DNA from: Octopus sinensis
Taxonomy: Eukaryota
Assembly (NCBI RefSeq): GCF_006345805.1
Contig: NC_042999.1
Location: forward strand, 160,518,001 to 160,582,000
Length of the DNA stretch: 64,000 nucleotides
Direction: 5' to 3'
Shown here in pieces: positions 49,551 through 60,739 of the stretch. The notes beneath the pieces were generated by a model. It saw only the letters and a program-made list of their open reading frames with translations. It searched no databases and was not told the origin of the DNA. Every line of letters begins with the position of its first letter. Position 1 is the first letter of the stretch. The translations under genes and the position numbers were made by a program.

Positions 49551-51120
49551 ACACACATAATAAGGTTCTACACCTTTTCTATTTACCATATTCTACTCCC
49601 TACTCACATCATATTGGTCAACTTTGGTAAGAGCAGAAGACTTTTGCCCAAATTTCCAAACAGTCGAATCCAAGTATTTATTTTCAACCAGTCAGCCTAC
49701 AGCTAACAAGAGATCATCTACATGGTCGCTTGACCTGCCAGAAATAGCAACCAAATTGCTCTTAAATCACACTCTACTGCAGTGATTCCCAAATAGTGCT
49801 CTGAGTTAGCTGATATAGAAGGGAATATAGCAACTGCTCTCTATTGTCGCCATGTTCCCTTCTATATCGGCTAACTCTGATGAGCATAAAGTTATATAAT
49901 CGGATTGTTACCTGACACTCCATTGGATTCTTTACACAAAACCGATTGGTAAGATCAGCTGTGATGAATATTTAATGCTATACATTTTGGCTAATATATA
50001 TACAACAGGCTTCTTTCAGTTTCTGTCTACCAAATCCATTCACAAGGCTTTGGTTGGCCTGAGGCCATAGTAGAAGACACCTGCCCAAGGTGCCATAAGA
50101 CTGAACCTGGAACACGTAGCCATGCCATGATTAAAAAACAATGTAAGCAACAGTTTAAATTATTGTTTACTAAATTTTAATCTTCAAACTAGTTTTTAAT
50201 TTATTATGTAAAATGCATCATAAATTTCAGATTTGATTTCCCATGTACCAAGATACCTAAAACGTAAAGAAATCCACTGTCCTATCTTCTTAGACAATAA
50301 AGGACACAATTGATAAGGTAATTTCTGATTCCCTATGTTTGAAAAATGACAAGATGATCATGGCTTGAGCACTTTTGATTCTAGGTCTGTGCTTAGGGAT
50401 GACAAGGGGCAAAACAACAATGCCAACAGTGAATGTGTTATTACAGTGAGATGTCAGTTGAAGAGATTGAATTTCTGGATATTTGTTTCACCTTTTAATC
50501 AATCAATTACAATTTTGTTATCATTTGATTTCATGGAACATTATGTAGCCTGGTTGCTCACGTATTTTTATAAATATCCATTGTCTTGGAAAGAAGAGTT
50601 TGAAAAAAAATGTAAAAAAACTCTAAGAAAGAAAATGAAATGACTGTTGACATTTAGGAGAGAAAATGATAGCAAAATATTTGGATTGTGTATGGTTTGT
50701 GGATTTATTGCAAAGTATATCAACAAACAGCTTGATGTACCAAGCAACCACACAGTTGTGGCCTTAAATATTATTGGCACATCCCAAATTAGCATTTTAC
50801 TCTCAGAAATGAGTTAGCTATGAAATAATTTCAGACTAAATGCAAACAAAACATGATGAAATGCACAAACAAAGGAGGTGAAATAAAACAAAAAAACCCC
50901 AAAAAACTAAACTGCAGTAATTAGCTAAGTAATGTAAATAGTTAAATGAATCATTATAGATCATAAGATCATTAGTGGGTCAGTTTAGAAATATATACAT
51001 CATATCATACATCGTATATTATACTATTAAAAAGTTCACTTCACAATCATGTTGTACTAAGTTTGGTTTCACTATACAACAGATTAGGGAAGTCTGTTTT
51101 GCCATGGCTGGAAGCTAAGC

Positions 51121-51395
51121 AATCATCATCGTCATCATCGTTTAACATCCGTTCTCCATGCTAGCATGGGTTGGACGGTTCAACTGGGGTCTGGGAAGCC
51201 CGAAGGCTGCACCCGGCTCCAGTCTGATCTGGCAGTGTTTCTACAGCTGGATGCTCTTCCTAACGCCAACCACTCCGTGAGTGTAGTGGGTGCTTTTTAT
51301 GTGCCAGGCGAGGCTGGCAACGGCCATGATCAGATTGGTGCTTTTTACGTGCCACCGGCACAAAAGCCAAGCAAGGCAGCACCAGCATTGGCCAC
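51121..51395 (-). mobile_element. SINE family B
   Basis: Family match. Confidence 0.85.
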
Positions 51396-51429
51396 TTTTC
51401 AGGAAAGAATTTCATAGATGGAAACTTTA

Positions 51430-51585
51430 TATGAACACACGATGAGGGCAGCTGCATTGAACTCTCTCATGCACCAAATGGCAGTTGCTAAAAAGCATTC
51501 GTGAAGTAAAGCCATGTAGCAACACCAAATGGCGGTGCCCCAGTATGGCCACAGCTCGTGAGCTGAAACTAGAATCAATCATGAA
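51430..51585 (+). mobile_element. CR1 LINE extreme 3' end
   Basis: MRAAALNSLMHQ plus 3' UTR GGCGGTGCCCCAGTATGGCCACAGCTCGTGAGCTGAAAC, homologous to 28245-28360. Confidence 0.65.
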
Positions 51586-51879
51586 CACACATATGTGCAG
51601 ACACACACACACACATATTAATAGTTGTTTCCATGATTAGTTATAATGAAAATAATTTTACATTAATCTGAAGAATTACTCCATACTTCTGTAGAGTACA
51701 TATTTATTATTTTTTAACAAGAATATTATTGATAGTGACCTCAAAGTTTCTGCCAGCTTAAGCCATCATCAGACTATGGCTGTAGGTTGAGCAATGCTTT
51801 GAGAAAAGAATTTGATAGAGGGAAATATACATGTGTGTGTGTGTGTGTGTTGAATATATGTGCATACTCTCTCTTTCTC

Positions 51880-52272
51880 TTTTCTCTTTTACTTGTTTCA
51901 GTCATTTGACTGCGGTCATGCTGGAGCACCGCCTTTTAGTCGAGCAAATCGCCCCCAGGACTTATTCTTTGTAAGCTTAGTACTTATTCTAACGGTCTCT
52001 TTTGCCGAACCGCTAAGTTACGGGGACGTAAACATACCAGCATCGGTTGTCAAGCGATGTTGGAGGGACAAACACAGACACACAAACACACACACACACA
52101 CACATATATACGACAGGCTTCTTTCAGTTTCCGTCTACCAAATCCACTCACAAGGCTTTGGTCAGCCCGAGGCTATAGTAGAAGACACTTTCCCAAGGTG
52201 TCACGCAGTGGGACTGAACCCGGAACCGTGTGGTTGGTAAGCAAGCTACTTACCACACAGCCACTCCTGCGC
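51880..52272 (-). mobile_element. SINE family A
   Basis: Full structure. Confidence 0.9.
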
Positions 52273-52464
52273 CTATACATAAATATACATTTGTCAAATA
52301 CATATATTTGTCTCCATATGTCAAGTTTTTCACATCCATGGAACGTTAAATAACATGTGGAACTTAGTCAACCTATTATTCAATAAATATAATTCCATCT
52401 GTGTGTTGAGTGGTACTTCCATTTGTTTGATCACCCACTTGTGTGTGTGTATGTGTGTGCATGC

Positions 52465-52504
<40 letters not shown>

Positions 52505-52507
<3 letters not shown>

Positions 52508-52815
52508 CACCATGATCACCGTGACCGACCAGGCTATCAGATGTTGCTACACATCGCTGGTCAAAATGCGTTTCGCATTGTTTTAGCCTTTAAATGACGC
52601 CACCCCGCTGGCTAAGCGAGCAGGCCAACAGAAGAAAGAGTGGGAGAAAGTTGCGGCGAAAGAGTACAGCAGGGATTGCCACCACCCACTGCCGGAGCCT
52701 CGTGGAGCTTTAGGTGTTTTCGCTCAATAAACACTCACAATGCCTAGTCTAGGAATCGAAACTGTGATCCTATGACCACGAGTCCGCTGCCCTAACCACT
52801 GGGCCATTGTGCCTC
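52505..52815 (-). mobile_element. SINE with family C head and a third 3' tail type
   Basis: C head/core, then …GGCCTGCTCGCTTAGCCAGCGGGGTGGCG…GGTCGGTCACGGTGATCATGGTG. Confidence 0.75.
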
Positions 52816-52880
<65 letters not shown>

Positions 52881-53340
52881 CACACATACATACACAACAC
52901 ATATCTATTTACCATACAGTTAAATACACCAACTTGGCAAGATTCTAGTTTAAATAGATTTGTATTACAAGTAGATATTTGAGACATACTTTGTAATTTA
53001 TACAGCAAACAACATCTCCATACATCTAAGCCCCACCCCCGTGAGGAGTAGAGGGAGTGGTAAAAAAGGAATATTGACAATAAGAAATATAGACAAATAT
53101 ACAATACATATAGAAAGGGAAAACACAAGAATTTAATCTGAAAGTGGTTATCAGCAGCTCTGTTCCAAAATGTCACACAGTAACAATATGGTAGTCTTTG
53201 AAACTGACATGTTTAATGTAGAAGGTAACTAAGTTATGGAACAAATGAGAAAACAAAAGGGGGCAGAGAGAAAGATAAGGAAGAAAAATAAAGCAGAAAA
53301 AAAGGGAATACAGAAAAATAAAGAAATTAATTCCACCCCC

Positions 53341-53735
53341 ACTGTGGCTGTGTGGTAAGTAGCTTGCTAACCAACCACATGGTTCCGGGTTCAGTCCCAC
53401 TGTGTGGCATCTTGGGCAAGTGTCTTCTGCTATAGCCCCAGGCCGACCAATGCCTTGTGAGTGGATTTGGTAGACGGAAACTGAAAGTAGCCTGTCGTAT
53501 ATATGTATATATATATAAGTGTGTGTGTATATGTTTGTGTGTCTGTGTTTGTCCCCCTAGCATTGCTTGACAACCGATGCTGGTGTGTTTACGTCCCCGT
53601 TACTTAGCAGTTTGGCAAAAAAGACCGATAGAATAAGTACTGGGCTTACAAAGAATAAGTCCCGGGGTCGATTTGCTCGATTAAAGGCGGTGCTCCAGCA
53701 TGGCCGCAGTCAAATGGCTGAAACAAGTAAAAGAG
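53341..53735 (+). mobile_element. SINE family A
   Basis: Family match. Confidence 0.9.
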
Positions 53736-53744
53736 AAAAAAATA

Positions 53745-53930
53745 TCAACGGCATCTTGGTGATGTACTTCAGTTAGTTATTAAAACAGTGAACAGGCTAA
53801 AAAATGGAATTCTATATCTGAACAAATTTTCCATCATCTGTCCCTTGATTATGAGGATTATGTGAGGCTTTGCTCGATACTGAAGTACGATGGTTGTCAA
53901 AGGGTAACTGTGTTGTCCGTTTTGCCGAAC
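53745..53930 (+). pseudogene. hAT (Charlie/Buster, SCAND3/ZBED8-like) transposase fragment
   Basis: HLGDVLQLVIKTVN … TEVRWLSKGNCVVRFAEL. Confidence 0.75.
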
Positions 53931-54350
53931 TCTTTACTCTTTTACTCTTTTACTTGTTTCAGTCATTTGACTGCGGCCATGCTGGAGCACCGCCTTTAGT
54001 CGAGCAAATCGACCCCGGAACTTATTCTTTGTAAGCCCATTACTTATTCTATCGGTCTCTTTTGCCGAACCGCTAAGTAACGGCGACATAAACACACCAG
54101 CATCGGTTGTCAAGCAATGCTAGGGGGACAAACACAGACACACAAACACATACACACATAATACACATACATATATATACATATATACGACGGGCTTCTT
54201 TCAGTTTCCGTCTACCAAATCCACTCACAAGGCATTGGTTGGCCCGAGGCTATAGTAGAAGACACTTGCCCAAGATACCTCACAGTGTGACTGAACCCGG
54301 AACCATGTGGTTGGTTAGCAAGCTACTTACCACACAGCCACTCCTGCGCC
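53930..54350 (-). mobile_element. SINE family A
   Basis: Full structure. Confidence 0.9.
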
Positions 54351-55279
54351 TGTTTGTTGCAATAATAATTTTTTATCAAAGCACTCTACTATCCACTTCT
54401 CTGATTGCTTCAAAATGTAATATTTTTTCCTTTAGCATTCACTAAACTCAGTGATCTCAATACATTTATTGCAAGTGAAGTAACAAAGCGCTTATTGACT
54501 GTAAATCATCCATCATAGCCTTCCTTTTTAAATTATCGCTATATAAGATGAACGTTTCAAGACATCAGCTGCACCGATTCCAATGAATAGCCTGGAGGAT
54601 GAGTTAGTTGATGAGGATGTCATTACAAATCCTGATTATTTGGAATCCTTGAATGATGACAAGGTTGAGATTTCAGAATATTATCGCATTACCTGTTCCC
54701 ATTTGGTATAATAATCCGTTTGAAGTTCCGAGTGATCGATTGCGAAGAAGATGTTCAGGAATAATTGCTCGTGTGGCGAGTCTTAGTGTTATTGTTGTCG
54801 CCTGGTCTGAGGTGATGACTGGTTGAATGAAAACGAATTTCCTGGGCTGTCGGAAGAAGGAACAGACAACACCCACGGACAATTAACACAAGGTTTTTAT
54901 TATTGCACATAGAGTTTTAACTATTGGTCTTTTACAAATACTTACAGTAATAATTACAAACTGGGAGAGGCATACTATTTGGCGTTTACAATAAAGATAC
55001 TGATATAGTTACCTCATCACAACTAGAAAATAATTGCATTATATTTGTGGCACAGAAAATTTCTGTCTACTATCGGCCATCTTCCTTTATCAGCTGGATG
55101 TAACGAGAATAGAGACACAATGCGTGTCTGTCTCCACATTCTTCAATTACCGTCTTTTATAGGGCACACAAGGAAAAGATTCTAGAAGATTGAATCATGC
55201 AATGGCTTGACACTGACTGGTTGCTTAATAGACTGATCACAGGAAACTATTGGGGTTTGATTGTGATGTTTGACCAGCT

Positions 55280-56030
55280 ACCTAGCCGTTCGGTTGGAGG
55301 AATAAGAATGGGCTGGGCAAAGTTCAAAGAGCTTCTACCTTTGTTGGTAACCAAAGGCCTCTCCCTCAGTAAAAGGTGGATTATATGATGTCTGTGTACA
55401 TACAAATTTTACAGGGCAGTGAAAGATGGGCTTTGACTAAAGAAGACTTGCAAAGAAATGAAGCTAGCATGCTCCACGGGATGGGTAATGTCAGTGTGCA
55501 TGATAGAGGGTAAATGATTTAAGAGGAAAATTGGGTGCAAGAGGCATCAGATGTCTTGTGCAAGAGAGAAGACTGCACTGGATTGGTCATGTGATGCATA
55601 TGGATGAGGACAGATGCATAAAGAAGTGTCAAGCTCTAATTGTGGTGGGAACTTGTGGAAGGGGTAGACCCAGGAAGACTTGGGCCTCACTGAGGAAATG
55701 ACAAGGGACTGAGAGTTGTGGTGATTTGCTGCACTTGAGAAGATGCATGAAGCCAAGTAAAGTTGCTGTCATCCATACATACAGGCTTGTCCTTTGTAAG
55801 TGTCAAAGCCACATAAAATGCATTCACACTAGTGGCATGTAAAAAGCACCCAGCTCATACTGTAAAATGGTTGGTGCTAGGAAGGGCATACAGTCATATA
55901 AACTATACTACAACAGACCATTGGAGCCTGGATAGCTCCCCGGCTGGTCAGCTCCATGTCAAACCGTCCAAGCCATGCCAGCATGGAAAATGGACATTAA
56001 GTGTTGATGATGATGATGATAATGATGATG
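55280..56030 (+). mobile_element. RTE-clade LINE 3' end (RT C-terminus, 3' UTR, (GAT)n tail)
   Basis: IRMGWAKFKELLPLLVTKGLSL…GSERWALTKEDL…QERRLHWIGHVMHMDEDRCIKKCQ…GRGRPRKTW; the tail resembles family B. Confidence 0.85.
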
Positions 56031-56054
56031 TCACAATGCAATATCGGCTTCACA

Positions 56055-56360
56055 GTAATCATCATCATTGTTCGACTGCGGTCAAGACAATGGAATTTAC
56101 CATGCTACGCCAGACTTCACAGTCCATCATAGCATTACGGAGGTCCTGTTGCTGGATGCCTGTATCCCTGGAGATTACATCAGGGTAGGAGAATGTGCGC
56201 CCTCTGGTATCGCAAGTAAATGGCTTCCAGAGGAGAAGAGTAGAAATTGCCTCGTTTTCAGCTCTACAACAATGTCCAGCAAACTGGACTCTCCTACCTT
56301 TCACAGTAAAGATGGCTTGTGGTATCATCAAAATATAGTGACATCTAATACCAATCTATG
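56055..56360 (-). mobile_element. RTE/RTE-X-like LINE 3' end, tail-to-tail with the previous element
   Basis: KGRRVQFAGHCCRAENEAISTLLLWKP…RGRTFSYPDVISRDTG…AMMDCEVWR followed by (TGA)n. Confidence 0.8.
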
Positions 56361-57077
56361 GAAGTACTTAAAGTTGATTTTTGCTTGCCTTCCCAATGTC
56401 CTACTTAGTAGAAACTGGCTTCAGCCACATTAATTAACACCTTGTCATCTAAAAGGAGAAATAGGCTAGATAACCAAATGAAGTGACTTGTGGTCGATAA
56501 TCAATAGTTTTAAACAACCCAATGGGTCTGCACTATCTGTGTTGCACCCCACTCAAGTTGCATTGGTGTTCTACTTTTTACATTACTCTAAATAAAGAAT
56601 CTTAGGAAGCAAAAACTGTTCATTTTTATTGTTGTGTAAGAGTTATAAAATTTGTTATTGGTACGCTTTTGAATATTTACTATACAGGTGGGTGGTAGGA
56701 AATTCATATGAAAGTCTGTAATGATGTAAAATGAGTTGGGTATTCTTGCTGCATGTGGTCACTTGACTTGCTAGAAATAACAGTTAAATTTCCTTCAAAT
56801 CACACCTTATAATCTTAAAAAAAATTAAGAATGCATTCAGTTGTCATAAGAACACTGTGTTTTAAGAAAAAGAGATCAGATTGTGATGGCTGGAATGCTT
56901 TTGATCATAAAATCTGCTTGATCTGAGCTGACTTGGATCTGAACAACATCTGCGCTCTTAAAATAATCTACGAGATTTTTACACTCAGTAATAGCTGTCA
57001 GTAATTACTTTGTAGTAGTGCTTTCCAATTTTTTTTTTATCTCTTTAGTGATTTTTTTTTTGTGTGTGTTTCCATAG

Positions 57078-57166
57078 GTGGAAACACAATATTTTACATG
57101 ATTACCAAACCGAGTCGAAAGGAGGAAATTCTCCTCAGAGACATGACTAGAATACGAAAAGAGTAG
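57078..57166 (+). CDS. Possible terminal coding exon (xGNTIFYMITKPSRKEEILLRDMTRIRKE*)
   Basis: Strong acceptor (T)nGTGTGTGTTTCCATAG; frame open to TAG. Linkage to the upstream exons is not established. Confidence 0.35.
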
Positions 57167-57301
57167 ATGATAAAGACACTCAAAACCATGTGATGGTGTT
57201 AAACCAAAAGAGACAGATTGAAACTGCAACCTCAAAGACAAGAATGGTCAAACCAGTGAGTGTCTGCAGCACCGTTTCTATCAATCAAATTTGATTCACA
57301 A

Positions 57302-57463
57302 GGCGCAGGAGTGGCTGTGTGGTAAGTAGCTTGCTACCAACCACATGGTTGCGGGTTCAGTCCCACTGCGTGGCATCTTGGGCAAGTGTCTTCTGCTATA
57401 GCCCCGGGCTGACCAATGCCTTGTGAGTGGATTTGGTAGACGGAAACTGAAAGAAGCCTGTCG

Positions 57464-57522
<59 letters not shown>

Positions 57523-57750
57523 CTGTGTGTCTGTGTGTCTGTGTGTCTGTGTTTGTCCCCCTAGCATTGCTTGATAACCAATGCTGGTGTGTTTATGTCC
57601 CCGTAACTTAGCGGTTTGGCAAAAGAGACGGATAGAATAAGTACTGGGCTTACAAAGAATAAGTCCCGGGGTCGAGTTGCTCGACTAAAGGCGGTGCTCC
57701 AGCATGGCCGCAGTCAAATGACTGAAACAAGTAAAAGAGTAAAGAGTAAG
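57302..57750 (+). mobile_element. SINE family A
   Basis: Full structure. Confidence 0.9.
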
Positions 57751-58187
57751 GCATTGGTGGATGTGAGGCAATGTTAGAAAACATTTTCTCACTGGGGCTG
57801 CCATACAGTGAGATTGATCCTGAAACCACTAAGTTGCAAAGTTAACTTCTCAAGCACAGTCATGACTGCTCTGTTTAAGATGTGGTTTGATAAGACATCT
57901 TTGAAATGTCAACATTATGTTCATTGGAATGGAATCTGTTGAGATTCCATTCCAAGTGGTATTGATATTGTTATCATCAGTATACAGCATTGTTGTTATC
58001 CGTTTGGGAGTAATTTAGCAATGACAAACCAAAAGTCAACAACTTTTAAAAAGTCAATGTTTCTTATTTTTGTGAGTTACCACCTCCATCATCACCACCA
58101 CCTCCATCATCATCACCACCAGCCCTGCAGCTGTTGCCATTATCACTGTTCCACCACTGCTACCACTACTGTTGTCACCACTACCAT

Positions 58188-58223
<36 letters not shown>

Positions 58224-59758
58224 TCTATACTTTCTTGCTTCTTCAAACTATACTTGTTCTTTAGCCTTAACCTGTAATATTTTTACTCAAGTTAACATAA
58301 GTTTATTCCCTTTTAACATGCACCATTTGCTCTTATTAACATTCAACATTTGCTGACGACCTACAACATTTATTTGTGCTAACAGACAATATTTATTTCA
58401 GTTAACATACATTTACACAAGTTACAAGTCAACATTTACTCAGCTTAACATGCATTAACAACCGTTTGCATATATTTACTCCTGTTAACGATCAACAGTT
58501 ACTCTTGTTACCAGATAATATTTATTTATTCCTGTCCGTTTCTTTAAAAATGATGAAAAAGTCACTGATTACCCACTTTACAACCATATCTCAGAGATGT
58601 ACTCTTAACCTCTCTTATTTTACTACCACTTCTTATTTCAACCATTATCTCATAGAAGTACCCTTAGCTACCCTTCTCTCTTATCCTGCTACTACCTCTT
58701 ATTCAACTACTGTCCCACAGATGTACTCTTACCTTTCTTCCTTCTCCTTTTAATGCCACCACCTCTCACTTCTACTATCTCACTCTCAATTATCTTTCTC
58801 TCTCTCTTCCCCATCTACTATCATTACCCCTTACTATAACCATTGTCTGAACTTCTCTAAACAAGCCAACTACATACCTTCTCCACCCCTTCTCCACCCA
58901 TGCTCACTGAACACCCCTTCCCCTCTTCTTTCCATTATTTTGACTGTGTCTCCCCTCCCAGTACAACATATTCGCTTCATTTCACTCCAACACAACAAAT
59001 TCTCTTCCTTTCCTCCAGCCAATTGATATACAGATATTCAAACTAAACAAAAATGATATTAATGTCACAAGTCTGGTGCTAGGAGCTGAAACTGTCAGGG
59101 CCGCTAATATTTCTTTCTTTGATTAACAGTCACCCTTTCACATTTAAGCTGACCAGATCTGGCCCAAATATTCTATCTGTTTTATGTTCAAACTGGCCAG
59201 AGCTGGCCTCTCACATTTAAAAATATACAATCACATCATTGAAAGCTATGAGATAATGTATGATTAATTCAAAACAATATGAATAAGCAAGCATTTTATT
59301 CGACATTTTAATCTGAATGCTAAAGAGTTAATTAACTTATTACAATAAATAACCCACAACTATTTATAGATGCCCTCTTGGTTAAGAACAGTGTTAGATA
59401 AACAACAAATATTTTCTAATCACTGTCTTTGACCCTACTACTGTGGCTGCTTTTGATATTGAAACCATTGGAAACAATTAAATCTCTTTTATTTTAAAAC
59501 CTCCATTACAATGAAATTATCAATTAATCTCATTCACTGGCTCTGCTCGTTTCATACAAACCTTTCTGTACAGCAAGCTAGTTACTGCAATGCAGGCATG
59601 CAATGGCAAAAGTTGTATTTCCACTGATGAAATCTGTCAAGTGCAAAGGTTCAGAGTTGTCTACCTTACTTTCTTGGCTATAAAACAGTGTTAAACCCCT
59701 ATTGTTTTACTCTATTATAACTTGAACTCCCCTGGTTTATTTCTGGTATCATGAAACA

Positions 59759-59902
59759 CTAGAAACAACTAAACCCGCCTTCTGATGAAAAAAACCACTG
59801 ATCTTTCAATGACTTTTCATTTATTGTAATAATATTATACTTCCTTTGTATATTTTTTTTCTCTTTGTCTTCAGTTATTTCTTTACATCCTTGTAATTCA
59901 GT
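59759..59902 (-). CDS. Possible terminal exon (TELQGCKEITEDKEKKNIQRKYNIITINEKSLKDQWFFSSEGGFSCF*)
   Basis: Acceptor ATGCTGTTTCAG, phase 0 matching the 60434 donor; AATAAA on the minus strand at ~59490. Confidence 0.4.
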   Translation of the reverse strand, partial: TELQGCKEITEDKEKKNIQRKYNIITINEKSLKDQWFFSSEGGFSCF

Positions 59903-60433
59903 CTGAAACAGCATGTATTTCAGTTTCATCTCGTATATAATGAATGAACTCCATTGTCTAGCACTATATTTATTTTTAGCCATGAAATATTGATCAGCAA
60001 TTCACAAGGACTTTTTAAACAAAGCTATGTTTTATCTAGTGTCTTTACAACATTTGTATGAGGTGGATGATAGAACAAGTATGAAATGGTGGCTTATTTA
60101 AAAAGAATAAATATTATTTCATTTTAAGTAGTGATAATTACAATGAATTAAGATTTAAGATAGTTTTGGCTGCGTGGTTATATTTTTCAAGTCATATATT
60201 CAATTGCCTTGCTTTGCCTGAATGATAATAACTTGTTGAAGCCAACTTCATTTCTTGAGGGGATAAATGTACAAAAGTCATAGAATTGTAAAAATCAAGC
60301 TACACATAATTTTGCTTGCTTCACTTTGCCTGATTGACAACCGGCTTCATACACATTTCACAGTTGACAGGTTTGTGGTCAGAAAAGCATCCAGTTTTAA
60401 AAATGCAGCAATGCATATCATTGCTTGCCTCAC

Positions 60434-60739
60434 TTTACCAAGAGGTTCCATGTCTGCTTCATAACTGTGGTGTGTGCAAGATAGTCGATATATAAAGGCA
60501 CCTACCTTCTCTTCGCTCTGATAGAGACACTTCAGTGGAAACGGATCCTTCGTCACAGCCCCGACCCGAACGCTAAAGATAGCAGCTGCTTCACACAACC
60601 TTAGCAACGTCTTCACACATCTTAACACCTCGACGACCCTCGTTGGAAAGGCCGAAATCCCCGCTCCCTGCGCATGCCTCTCGGCTGCCCCTTCCGGTTG
60701 CCCCAACTTCCGGTCAACGCACCCAGCTGCTGACATCAA
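60434..60739 (-). CDS. Internal 306-nt coding exon of an unidentified protein (LMSAAGCVDRKLGQPEG…YRLSCTHHSYEADMEPLGK)
   Basis: Acceptor TTCCCATTTCTTATCATTTAG, donor AAA|GTGAGG, 102 open codons in phase 0-0, other two frames closed, GC-rich against its surroundings. Confidence 0.75.

Noticed and set aside
50380-50790. Possible exons or Penelope RT fragment (EMSVEEIEFLDI)
   Set aside because: Only a short motif and several competing weak readings; cannot assign.
54560-55190. LTR/gag-like GC-richer block (similar ambiguity at 14800-15130 and 40090-40680)
   Set aside because: No partner repeat, TSD or recognisable protein motif.
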